Positions 52,060-64,000 of a stretch of 64,000 nucleotides of DNA are shown piece after piece. The DNA is from Lama glama. Lineage: Eukaryota. Position numbers and translations under genes: made by a program. The stretch's first letter is position 1. Each line of letters starts with the position of its first letter. The stretch is from the NCBI GenBank assembly GCA_028534125.1, contig CM052817.1, positions 5,334,001 through 5,398,000 of the forward strand, in the 5' to 3' direction. The notes beneath the pieces are model-generated. The model worked only from the letters and a program-made list of their open reading frames with translations. It did no database searches and was not told the origin of the DNA.

Positions 52060-53640
52060 TTAATTTTAATATTATTTTAAAATTAACATATAGTAAAATT
52101 AACTTTTCTTTTGCCAGTTCTATGAATTTTAATATATGTATATACGCCAATGTATATTATATTTATGCCAAATTTATATATAGAATTTATACATGTATAC
52201 ACACATATACAAGTGTATATATAATAAATATATACATATATACATTCTCTTTTGGTATAACCATTTCACAATCAGGATACAGAACAGTTTCATCACCTGC
52301 AAAATCTCCCTCACGTATCCCTCTATAGCCATCCCCCTCACGCATGTACGTGCACGCGCACGCACACACACACACAGACTGGCTCTTCCTTGCTATAGTT
52401 TTGTTTTTTGGAGAATTTTATGTAAATAAAATCATGTTGTATGTAATCCTTTGAAATTGACTTCTTTTAGTCAGTATAATGCCTGTGAGATTCATTTAAG
52501 ATGTATATTTATCAAAGTTCCTTCCTTCTTTATTGCTGAGTAGTATTTTATTATATGGAGGTACCTTGGTTATCTGTCACTTGTTGAAGGACATTTGGGT
52601 TGTTTCCAGTTTGTGGCAATTATGAATAGAGCTGCTATAAATATTTGTGTGCAGGTTTTTGTGTGAGCATAAATTTTCGTTTCTCTAGGGCAGCCAGGAG
52701 TGGGATTGCTAGGTCATATGGTAACTGTGTTTAATGTTCAAAAAGACTGCCTGTGTGGAAATGTTCTTAGCAGCCTTATTCATAGTGATCAAAAGGTGAA
52801 AGTAATCCAGTTGTCCATCAGCTTGATGAATGGGTAAATAAAACGTGATATATCCATACAATGGATATTATTTGGCAATGAAAAGAAATGAAGTACTGAT
52901 ACTTACTGCAACACGGATAAACCTTGAAAACATGCCAAATGAAAGAAGCCAGTCACAAAGGGCCACATATTCTATGATTCCACTTATGTGAAATATCCAG
53001 GAGAGACAAATCCATAGAGACAGAAAGTAGATTGGTTGCCTAGGGCTGGGAGAGTTGGGGAGATATGGGGACTGATTGCTAATGGGTATGGGATCTTGGG
53101 GTGAGGAACATATTCCAAGACTGACTGAAATGCTGATTTCACGGCTTGTGGATATACTCGAAATCACTGAATCGCACACTTTAAATGGTGAGTTGTATGC
53201 TATATGAATTATATCTCAATAAGGCTGTTACTAAAAACGACAACGACAACAAAAAAGCCACTAACTTGCTTTCCATCGTGGCTGTGCATTTTATATTCTC
53301 ACCAGCAATGTACGAGAGGTCTAGGTGCTCCGTGTCCTCACCAGCACTTGGTATAGTCAGTATGTTTTATTTTAGCTGTTTTAATAGGTATGAAGTGATA
53401 TTTCATTGCTAACTTGCATTTCTGTAATGGCTAATAATGTGGAACATCTTTCACGTGCCTGTTTGCGTTCTTTAGTGATGAGTCAGTACAAGTCTTCTGC
53501 CCATTTTAAATTGAGTTGTTTTCTTAGTATTAAGTTTGAGAATTCTTTAAGTGTTCTAAATACAAGTCCGTTGTCAGATATGTGATTTCCAAGTACTTTC
53601 TCTTAATCTCCCAATTTGCTTGTCTTTTCACTCTCTTAAA
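52060..53640 (-). mobile_element. Old L1M 3' portion (host element), interrupted by an opposite-strand L1
   Basis: Antisense motifs gaaggacatttgggttgtttccagttt, gggattgctaggtcatatgg; the host resumes at ttctcaccagcaatgtacgag after 53260. Confidence 0.82.
52752..53257 (+). mobile_element. L1MB-like 3' end nested in the opposite orientation
   Basis: gcagccttattcatag...atccatacaatggatatt...aaagaagccagtcacaaa...tgaattatatctcaataa plus A-rich tail. Confidence 0.85.
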
Positions 53641-54304
53641 GTAAATATTTCTTGATGGGTTACAAATTCTCAGGGTTTCATTGTCTGTTTACTCCTGTAC
53701 CCTCAGTGCCTAATACAGTGTCTGGTATAAAACAGATATTCAGTTATTACTTGTTGGATGATTGAGTGAGTTCCCCCTTCTTACTGATTAGCAACAGGTT
53801 TTTTTTTTTCCTGAGAGATAATATATTAAAAGTAAACCTGATTAGGTCACTTCCCTGATTAAAATATTTCCTTCCAGTAACTTCTTAAGAGAAAAAAAAT
53901 AAATAAAACTCTTAATACAGATTGTAAAGCATGGCATCCAGTTTGGCTCCTCGAACATTTCCTGTTCTCTGCCTCATAGCCTTTATCCATGCTGTTCCCT
54001 CTGTCTGAAACATTTTTTGTCCCATGCTCTTTGCCAGGCTAATTTATTTCTTCGTTCAAGCGTCTCCTTTACTCATTCATTCCAGACCCTGGGAACGTAA
54101 GAGTGAGTAAGACAGACGCAGTCCTTATCCTCCTGAGGCTTAACCTTTCGTGGCAGAAGTCCTCTCTGCCCCTCGTCCCAGGCTAGGCTGAGCACCTCTG
54201 TTTTATGCTCTTATAGTATCCCTCTGTTTTTACTTCACAGGACTTTGTTTAATTGTTTATAATTATGTACGTTCAGTGTTTTTAACCCTACTGGACTGTA
54301 AACC

Positions 54305-54870
54305 AGTGACTTTTAAATATTTTTGTTTATTTGTCCCTTAAAAGAATTTTGAAAAAACTAGGTAACCTGTTACATACATTTCAAGCTGACGTCTATAATT
54401 TTTCGTTATAAGTTTAAATAGCTGCAAAGGATGTAATTTCCAGTATACTATAAAAGTTGACATTTTAAAGTTAAACTTTTAATCACTCTTTTAAATATAG
54501 CCCATGGAATCTAAATACTGTATATGATACTCACCATCATTTGTTGAAAAAATCCCGAAAAAGTTGCTTTTGTAGTCATAAATTTTATAGTCTTTCTGCA
54601 TCAACTCTGTTTTACTTGCCCTGCATAATATTATCCTATCTCTGGTTATTATTGAAAATCTTTTATTGCTCGTTTTCTCATACTTTTTATGCAACAAAAA
54701 TAGGTATGCAAGTTGAAATTTAATTTTTAAAATACTTTCAGTGATGACCAAAAGGCTGTTAATTTCCCTCTGTTGAATTATTTTTGAATTATTCTGGGTT
54801 GAGTTACCTTTGCAATTCTTATCAGTGTACATGGATCACAATTTTAAAATATGTTATTTTATTTGAAAAG
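54305..54870 (+). mobile_element. hAT-Charlie-type DNA transposon remnant
   Basis: cagtgacttttaaa...aaaagaattttgaaaaaacta...aagtttaaatagctgcaaaggatgtaatttcc. Confidence 0.65.
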
Positions 54871-55374
54871 CCTCTTAAAGAAGTATTTTTTTTAAGCTAG
54901 ATCATGTGCAGGTGGATGAATGCCACTTTTTTCTAGAATATGACAGTGCTCAGTATCAACTACATTCTAATTAGTTTTGATTTCTTTAGACATTAGAGCT
55001 GAGAAACCTTGGAAACCTTGTTTACATACATAAGAGGACAAGAATGGAAGGAGTTTTGTTATAGCACGGCCTCTCCACTCTTCTTTGAACTTCCTCTGAG
55101 TACATGCCAAAACTATTATCAAACATTTTTTAAATGATCTGTCAGAAGACAATTCGGTTAGCTCTTCCATTCATTTTGTTGAGTGGAAAAAATTGGAAAC
55201 TCCTTCGTCTTGTGGAAGGGTTTGTTGTCTAGTCATTAGAGTCATTCCAAGGTTTCTAAGTGTCCGTTTGTTAGAGGTTTTCATGTCCAGGACAGTGCAC
55301 CATAGGAGGATGCAGGTCTGGTGAGAGCTATGTCTTTCTTTCTTTTTTTTTTTTTCAAGTAGCACCACAGACCG

Positions 55375-55565
55375 TAAAATACTTAATACTCACTTTACAA
55401 AATATGTGCAAGATTTGTATGATGAAAATAATAAAACACTGATGAAAGAAACTACAGAAGACCTAAATAAATGGGGAGATGTACCATATTTGTGATTGGA
55501 AGACTCGGTGTTGTTCAGACATCCGTTTGTCCCAGACTGATCTATAGAGCCAGTGCAATCCCAGT
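55375..55565 (+). mobile_element. L1 ORF2 remnant
   Basis: aaaacactgatgaaagaaactacagaagacctaaataaatgg...gattggaagactc (KTLMKE..EDLNKW..IGRL). Confidence 0.8.
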
Positions 55566-57149
55566 CATGCCCTTCTTTTCTGGAGTGGGAGGGGGAGCTT
55601 GTGAAGGGCTGGTGGGAAGGCAGAGGCAGCGGGATATCACAACAGTTTCTCAGGCAGATCCACTACAGAAAAAAGTACACATAGATGTTGAGGATCTGGA
55701 AATCTACTTCCTTAAAATTGTGTATGCCAGGTACACCACAGCAGGTCATCCTGTGCTTCCAGACACCTGTCCCTCCTTGTGTGGACTCCTGCTTCAGGAC
55801 ACGTGAGGGCAAAGAGCTGTGGTGTGGTTTTGTTTTTTGTTTTGTTTTGTTTTGTTTTCCCAGCCACAATTTCCTCAACCCAAGACATCCAGTAAGAATT
55901 CACAACATAAATTTTTTCACTAATCTAGGAAAAAACTTTTATGTAAAATTTTTTTGTAAAATTTGACTCAAAATCTATTAACCTTTTCAGCTTTCTTTGA
56001 AAAGATATAAAAGGGGAAATGTTTTTGTTCCTGAGTAGTGTTGTACACTATGAAGTTCATTTTTAATTTTCAAGAATAAAATATTCTTCTGCAAGTAGAG
56101 TTTTTGACTCAGTAGCTGTCTTGCTAACTTAATGCCACTTTCTCTAAATCCTTTTTTTCTGTTTTCCCAATTACATTGTTTTAGGTAACTTTTACTGTTT
56201 TTTCAAGTAACAAGGCTCTTCTTGAATTCTCCACTGAAATAGGTTTTTGGTATTTTTTATCCTAATGTACTTTTCAAAGATTAAAAAATTAGTTGTCATT
56301 TGTTCCCTTTTTGCCTATAGTGGTTTTGAGGTATCTGATGGGTACTTTTTGGCATATCACACCTATAGGTCTGTGTGCATGCATCAGGTCAACAGGTTAT
56401 ATGGCTGTTGAGAAATATGCACTGCAGATTGGCAGCTTCAACTTTCTGTTAATGTGCAGATTCTTAATGCTTAGTATCCTGGAGGTTTCTGTTTTTCTGC
56501 AGAAAATCTAACACAGATTTTCAATTGCCTCTTAAAGTGCTATACTTCTCCAGGAAACTTTATCTTTGATATAGCATCTGGTTTTCTGTGAAGTCATAAT
56601 TTTGAATCAGAATTTCCAGCTGTTGCATCTAGTTTTATGGAGCCTGAATTGAAAATCAAAAACTAGGTTATGTATTTAAATACTAGAAGTGAATGTTATC
56701 TTTCTTTTTATAAAACAGTATGGCAATTGTATTTAAGTATTTCCAATTTGCAGAGTTACTGTTCATGATTTGCTCTAAGGGAAACAAGATTGAGTAACAG
56801 GGGGGGAGCTTTAAGTTACGTTTTATTCTTCTGTCAGCGTCTTGTGAACCTACACACATGGTGTCTGCACGAGGACAGATAAGAACTGTAGAATGTCCGA
56901 GCTCACAAGAGCCTTCCAGTTCATTTAGTCTGACTCTCCTCATTTTCTAGATGAGGAAACTAAAGTCTTATTTTGCCCTATCTATAGAAAATGATCACTA
57001 ACTTGAGGCAGAAGGAATTGGATTTAGTGATATTAGGATAATTGTGATGTTTACTGTTTTAAAAAGCAGGCAGATAAAGGGAGGGGAGTCTGGGCAGCAC
57101 TGCACATGGACAGCTGCCGTGTGCTGGGACTAGGGTGCCGTACGACACA

Positions 57150-57720
57150 AATAGGTCCTTTCCTGTCTGGGGAACCATTTGGCAATATATGTCAAGATTT
57201 TGAAATGTTTGTAACTTTTTAGCATGTAATTCCTCTTTTAAGACTTTATCTTAAGGAATTACAAAATCAGGTAAAAATTTAGTATACAAAAATACTCCAG
57301 TATGTTTTAGCAAAAAGATGTTCATTACAGCATAATTTATCCTTGTAGAAAATCAGAAGAAACAACTTAGTTGTCCAACAGTAGAGAAATAGTCAAATTA
57401 TGGTAAATTTAAACAATGAAATGTTGTACAGCCATTGAAGCAGTTTTTAGAAGGGTTTTTAATTATTTGAGACGTGCTTATTATGGTGTCAATTAAGATA
57501 AGTAGAATATAGAATTGTGCATGTAATATGGTTTCAGTTACATAAAGGATATATATGCATAAAATGGATAGTCCATCAAAGTGCTAAATGAGTTTATTTC
57601 TAGGTGATGATATTGTGAGTTGATATTTTCTTCTTTATACTTTGCTTTTTTCACAAACTCTACATGATTAGCAGAAAGTAAGTTTATAAAAAAGAAATTT
57701 AAAATGTAGTTGAAGAGGCA
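57150..57720 (+). mobile_element. Degraded L1ME-like 3' end
   Basis: atttggcaatatatgtcaa; aaagatgttcattacagcataattt; tgtccaacagtagag; aaattatggta. Confidence 0.65.
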
Positions 57721-60044
57721 GTTTTTTCCTGATACCAAGTAGATGGAAAACCCACTTTAAAATTCCGCTGAGGAAAGGATCACTGATACATAGGCTCTGA
57801 TGCTTGAGCTCTGTTAAGTCACACTCCACTGCCCGACTTCCACCCCCACACCTGGGCTAGTGACCCACCTGGACTGAGGGCAGGGGTGAAATAGATGAGT
57901 CACTGCTGTTTTAATCAGCAGACGTTCTATATGGAAAAAACTAAATTTGAAAAGCCATTTCCCCCTATCGAACGAACATTCCTTTATTCTTTCATTTAGC
58001 AGATGTGTCTGAGTGCCACTAAGTTAGTTCTTCTGACTTGAGGTAACGTTCCTCTACTAGTGACTCTTTGCCCAGGGATTGTTGAAATTTTCATAAATCT
58101 TCTTGCCAGAGGATTCTGGTATACAGGTAACTTGACACAGTTTCTGTTCTCACCTGGTTCAGGTTTAATAATTAAATTGGGTTAGCTGTTAAATAATGAA
58201 TGTTTATGCAGAAGCCAGTCAGTGTATTACCTGTGAACCTGAAAATCCAGCTTCAATCAGTGCAGGGCGCGATGGGGTCCATCGCGGTTGCTCTCTGTGG
58301 CGCAGCCCGGTCTGCAGTGCGGCATGGGCAAAACGCTGGGCAACTTAAACGCTGTTTTTCTGAAAGGTAAGCTTTTCCAGAGCATGGTGTGGTTTTCTTT
58401 GCTTTCAAAATTCTTTGAAAAAAATCTATGAATATTTTGAAGTCCTCAGTTCTACTTTATAATTTAAAATTAATAACTTCTTACTACCGTAATTTCATAC
58501 GTTTTATATTACCCCCTAGGAAAAAAACGTATTTACTTACTTCAAATTTCTTATATTGATTTCAGTTGGTCCCATTCCACATTACAATTATGGCTTTCCA
58601 GTCCACAAGGTATGGCTTAGAGTTGTGTTTCAAATTTGAAATGGGTTGTGCATTAATAAAGCTACTGTTTTTAATTTAAAAGAAAAGATCTTTTAAGGAA
58701 AGTTTGGTAGGCCCTGGGATAAATTTTTGAAATGTTTGTTTTATGTAAGTCCATGGTAGCCTCAAACTGTTAGTCCCCTGCTAAGAAGTGGCACCTTTTT
58801 CCTTCGTTTGCCTCTTTGGCCTGGCTGTGTATTTTGCCTTGTGCGCTATAGCCTAAGAATTCTAGTGCTGAAATACGCTGCCTCCGTGAGCTTTCTGTCT
58901 TTCAAAAATCATCTGAAGCCCTGTGATGAATGTCTTATTCTTAAAGGCCTTCAGAGGACATCCCACTGTCTTCCCAGTGCGTAGCATTTCTCCTTGACCG
59001 CATCTTTTTCTGTTTATTTCATCTGAAATGAAGCCTAGATCTTTGTCTTAACACTGAAGCTGTTTTACTGTTTGCCCACTATTATACTCCCTAAATGTCC
59101 TGACTGCCTAGATGTTACCTGATTGTTTTGTCTGAGCAGTAGTGTTATGTACCAGAGAACTGGTATCACAGAACTGTTTTTCTTGGAAAGATTATGAAGT
59201 CTTTGATTTTTGGATTAGGCCAATGATATGTATAGTCCAAACACTTGTCCTTACTTTTATTTAGCAATTCAGTATATATATCTGTGAAATAGCAGGACTA
59301 TGTGCCAGTCATCACACTGAGGAGTGAAGATAGAGAAAAAAAAAAAAAGAAACCACCAAAATGGGTGAGATTAAATATTTCAAAGCACAGCAAGTTTAGT
59401 AGGGAGACCTTTCTCACATACTGGCAGTAATAGTATCGTTATTTGGGGTTTACAGTTGTTACTAGGTTCGTTATCCAGAATTATTTTGCAAAGAAGTAGA
59501 AAAGTCACTTCAAATCTACTTACTTTGCACCTTTTTTTTTCCTGGGAATGTTTCCCTCCAGAGAAAAATTGTTCTAAAAAGAAAAAAAAATTTCCAAATT
59601 TAGGGAAGACATATATAAATGAGTTGTAGATTTATATAGTGAAAACAATTTGCATTGAGGTTCTGTGGAACAAGAATTCTTCTATGGAAAAGAGTAAGTT
59701 TGATTTTCATGGTTAATATTGTTAATCAAAGTTTTATGTAATTTTTTTAATAAGTAGAAAAATACATCTGTTCATTTACACTAATTAGTAATCATACTTC
59801 TGGTTGACACATACCACATACCTTCAGATAGAAACATCTAGGAATACATTATCCCTGGCCATAGTGTATCGTCTCCTTATATTCCTGTGTCTTGGAAGAT
59901 AAAGTTAATCTTTGTTTAACTCAGCAGGCACAATACAAATTTCATTCTAGGTATAATAGCTGTATCTCAGGAAGATATGACAAGGTGACTACGAGGGCCA
60001 GTGAACACATTTTTTATTGGTAGGGCTTATAAATTCTCGCACAG

Positions 60045-60270
60045 TAGGCAGTACAGACATTAGTTAAGAACAAAGATTATAGAGCTACATTAATTGGGTT
60101 TCACCCGGGTTATGCTGTGCATGAGCTGAGTGACACTGGGCACAGTAGTTAACCTTTCTGCGCCTCAGTGTCCTCGTGTGTCAAATAGGGATAATAATAC
60201 TCTCCATCTTGTAGGCTGTTAAGGAAAATTCAGTGAATACTTGTGGGACAGGGTGAAGCTGTGCCTGGTG
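60045..60270 (+). mobile_element. MIR SINE
   Basis: gtgacactgggcacagtagttaacctttctgcgcctcagtgtcctcgtgtgtcaaatagggataataatac. Confidence 0.75.
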
Positions 60271-62364
60271 CAGGGTTGTAGGGGTGCTGGTGACTGCGTG
60301 AAGAGATGTGTGATTGTCTGTTGATGTTTCTTTGTTAATCACGGAACAGTAAAGCGCCGTTTGTAGTTCCAGGGCCTCGTCAGTTGATACTGAGTAAGTT
60401 GAATGGTGATGTAATTTTTTCTATTTTTTCTTGCTTTCCCCACTTCCTAGTTTTTCTGCACTGATGGTTCATTATAAACATCTTAGAAACTGGAAGTCTG
60501 TGCTCCTTATTGGTATATTGTGCAGTAATCCTGGGAGTTCAGCCTGCGCCTCTGAGAACTAAGTCAGAGGTCACACTCTCCTAAAGCCACACCGAGGAGG
60601 CCTTCTCGCACAGGTCCTGGGGGGCGGGGCGCGAGGAGTCTTGTCATCTTCATGGCTCCCTTTGCTCTGTGGAGCCTGAGGGGGGTCTGGGCGATTGTCC
60701 TCTTGCATGTCTGCGACCATCCACTTCCACCGCCAGCCCAGGTCCTAGACCCGGGATGGCAGACCCAGCTGCAATTGGAAACTATTGTTGGTGGAAATGC
60801 TGGTTTTATGGAATTCATTTCTATGTGAAACATTAAGAGGCCAGTTTTTCCATTGGCTGCTGAGTCTTCTCAGATGCAGGCTAGTTTATCTCGGCGGAAT
60901 GAAGGAATCCCCCCCACCTCCCTCAACAGGCAGGCAAGTCACTGCTTCCCACACCCTCATCTGCCTCTTTCAAGCAGCTGTTCTTTGTACACCTTAAGTG
61001 CCCAAGGCTCTCACAATTTGAGTCCCCTGCGTGACACGGTGGGTTAATGTGGTGGAGGGTAGGTTTTTATTTTGTTTTCTTTTAAAATTCCAAACCCATG
61101 GTGCTATTGTTATTAAGCATGGAAAGGGTTAGAGATAAAATGTCTATCTTTCTACCCACAGCTGTGTAGGACAGCATCAGTAGTTGTGAGGCTTTTAGTG
61201 ATGCTCCAAAGCTGCTGACTGGAAACAGCACAGATATCCCAGGCCTCAGCCCCTCCTCCCTGGCACCGCGGCTTGGGCTGGCTGGGTGGGCGGCGTGGGG
61301 GTGGTGAAGGGAGAGCCTGCGCGGCCGGGACAGCGCTGGGGACTCTGCACGGTTAAGGCTGATGGCGTGAGCAGAAGGGGCTGGATTTTGGAGCCATTTC
61401 AGAGGTGGAATCTGTAGGGCTTGCTGGCAGATTGGCTGGAGCAGTTCAGCAGGAGGCAGCGATGGCCTTGGGGTCTCATCGTCTCATAACCCAGCATGCA
61501 CAGTACCCAACCCAGGAGCCGCGGCCACGGCTCTGAGATGGGGTTATCAGGACACGGGAGGCCTCCAGCTCTGGGACATCGTCTCATTCCGCTGCCCTGG
61601 CCTCCTTTTTTCCTTCCCTCACCACTGGGGTTGGTATTGAAGAAATCAGTGTTCATCTCACTCAGTGGTGGTCTTGGGCAGTCCCTCTGACTCTGTTCCT
61701 TTATTTTAAAATTGATGATCTTGTATTACTTGCTTTACCTTTCTTTTGGGAATATAAAGAATAAATGGGGAAAAAAGAGAAACCTTGTTTTTCAAAGTGT
61801 ATATGACAAAGAAATCTTGATGAAGGCACATTTATTTAATAAAATGTAATTCAACTACAGGATAAAAAGAATTACACGACCTCACAGTCATAGATGTTCT
61901 CACTTACCATCCCAATATCTCACACGTGGACAATTTTCAGAGCCAGTAGTGTATATGTTGACAGCACCACTGTGCTCTGGCACTTTATTTTAGCTCTCAT
62001 ATCCATTTTAACTTGTTCCATTTCGTTATACTAGGATTCTGTGAGAACCTCCTTTAAAAAAAAAATCTTACTTGTTACAGTTAACTCTGCAGATTATTTT
62101 ACCTGAAAATGAATGTTGTTATGTGGTGGGTTTTTTTTTTTTTCCTGTTTAAAGCTTCAGACATGGAGTTGGGGCAGCTGGACCTGGTCCTGGAGTGGCA
62201 TTAGGTTACCATTTATCTTTTGTGTTTAAATGTACAATTTAAATATGAGAGAGTGAGAGAAAGCACGCTGTCATCTTCTGTCAGCGTCGGTAGGAGGACA
62301 CTTCACAAGCTGGCTTCAGAAATTCCTTCACCGGGCATTAAAGGCCTTCCGGTCTTTGCAGGGT

Positions 62365-62585
62365 ACTTGTCATGTGCCAGGGCACTTTTCTGAGCACAAA
62401 ATAACCCATTTCATTGTCATACACCCTATGAGGTATGTACTACTATCCCCCCATTTTACAAATGAAGAAACTGAGGCAAAGATAGGGTAAGTCATTTGGG
62501 GACAGCCACACAGTTAGGGACTGTCAGACCCTGTGTTGGATTCAGGCCGCTTGAGTCTGAGTCTGCCGTCCTGAGCCGCCCATGG
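62365..62585 (-). mobile_element. MIR SINE, followed by a MER5-like fragment (~62588-62695)
   Basis: cccattttacaaatgaagaaactgaggca...ggtaagtcatttg. Confidence 0.78.
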
Positions 62586-64000
62586 TCAGTGGTCCTCACC
62601 CCTGCTTGTGCATTAGAGTGATCTGGAGAGCTTGCAAAGGGGGCCAGGGACCAGAGAGAAATTTTACCTGGCCCTACCTGAGGCCAATCAAATCCTCCCT
62701 CTTCTCCCTTTTCCAAGGTCCGAGATCACTCTCTCCCTGTTTTTCTAGCCACCTATCCTTCCGTCCCCTGGTTTCATGACATATGTAGGGTTTTTAATGG
62801 CCTTTTGCAGGTGAGGGCATATAGCTGTATGGTTTGGCTCTGTATGGCAGGGCCCGTGGAGGTAGGGAGGTGCTTCCTACCGGAGGGTGTCGGCCCAGCA
62901 CCCAGCGCAGCCTGTCATACACACACAGCACCAGAGTGTTCATCCGTCAGCGGGTGAGTCAGCACACCGTTGTCATTCCGCGTCAGGGGAGATCCCATGA
63001 TGTACGGAGCGAGCGTAGTTAATTGGGCAGATCTAATTTTACTGATTCTAGCATATCTGAGCCTCAGTTTTCTTACCTATAAAATTGTAAAAGTGATAAT
63101 ATTAAGATGATTGTGAAGATTAAATGAGATATGAGAAAATATGGATTATACTCTGTCATGTAGTAGGTAATCAGAAATAAAGGCTAAATTCTTTCTTTGT
63201 AAGTTAAGCAAAAATGAATTGACACATGAAAAATCCCCCGAAAATATACTATTCAGCTTTCAGTCAAAGGCAAGAAGTCATGGAATTTCTGGAGCTCAAA
63301 TAGACCTTCAGGATCAGGGCGTGCTAAACCCCTCATTTTACAAGTGAGGGAACTGAAGCATAAAGAAGTGACTTGACCAGGGGCACGCGATGAGCCGGCT
63401 GCTCTGTGTGTGGAATTCTCATTCTCTGCGGGTGCACGAGTAAGTGGCTCATGAATGCTGTCCTCCAACTGTGATTATTACTACCTCTTGCTTCGTAGCA
63501 TTTGCACTGTCACCTCCGTGTGCTCTTGTGTACGTTATGTAACTCTCAAGGCCACCGTGCAGGCCTCAGATGTCTGACTCCAGTGTAAGGCTTTGCCTGT
63601 AGGATAAAGTCCTGAAGGAGCCACCATGGGATACAGGGTTAAGGAGGTACACGGAAGAGCACATATTTTCCTCGATTTTTTTTACATAAGAGGGAGAAGA
63701 GTTAAACACATACAAATAACAAATGGTTGAAAGCCCACGAACCTCTTTTCCGGTTCCCGTGTTCTCCGTGGAAACGGGGCTCGTTCATATTTCATAAGTT
63801 CTCGCATGTGTAAGGTAAAAAGCAGAGGGAAGGGACTGATTCCAGCTGTGCTTCCAACAGAATGTTGATGTTTTGTTTTTACTAAACATCGTTTTGTAAG
63901 AGCTTCAAAATGGCATCATGCGCTGAGATTATTTTTAAACCATTTAAACCAAACATCATTTTCTGTTGATGCTTTGAGTTAGATTTTTTAGATTCCTATC

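Larger units (their letters stand above)
19373..64000 (+). other. STX18: STX18 intron 1 (partial, runs off the window end)
   Basis: Begins at the GT donor. I found no sequence encoding the expected continuation (ISHIGKLRDF...) downstream; STX18 has a long first intron in mammals. Confidence 0.8.

Overview
Mammalian (eutherian) genomic DNA, very probably camelid judging by a tRNA-Ala-derived SINE of the camelid Vic-1 type at about 7020. The only protein-coding sequence I can support is coding exon 1 of STX18 (syntaxin-18, an ER SNARE; + strand, ATG at 19205, splice donor after 19372), inside a CpG-island promoter. Everything downstream (19373-64000) appears to be the long first intron; I could not find exon 2 in the window. 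The upstream 19 kb is intergenic and positionally equivalent to the human STX18-AS1 / MSX1-facing interval. The rest is interspersed repeat (L1, L2, MIR, ERV and MaLR LTRs, hAT MERs) plus a 500-N assembly gap inside an L1. I see no prokaryote-type system and no novel gene. The most notable observations are: a two-L1 fold-back with a 55-bp perfect stem (48.47-48.79 kb); a solo LTR with a 23-24 bp-periodic CCAAT array and two octamer sites; a UPRE just upstream of the STX18 ATG; a strong CTCF motif; candidate recursive-splice sites and a poison micro-exon in intron 1; and repeat-poor, homeobox-motif-rich blocks that may be long-range enhancers. Repeat family names come from recognising consensus-like sequence by eye, not from a database search, and boundaries are approximate.
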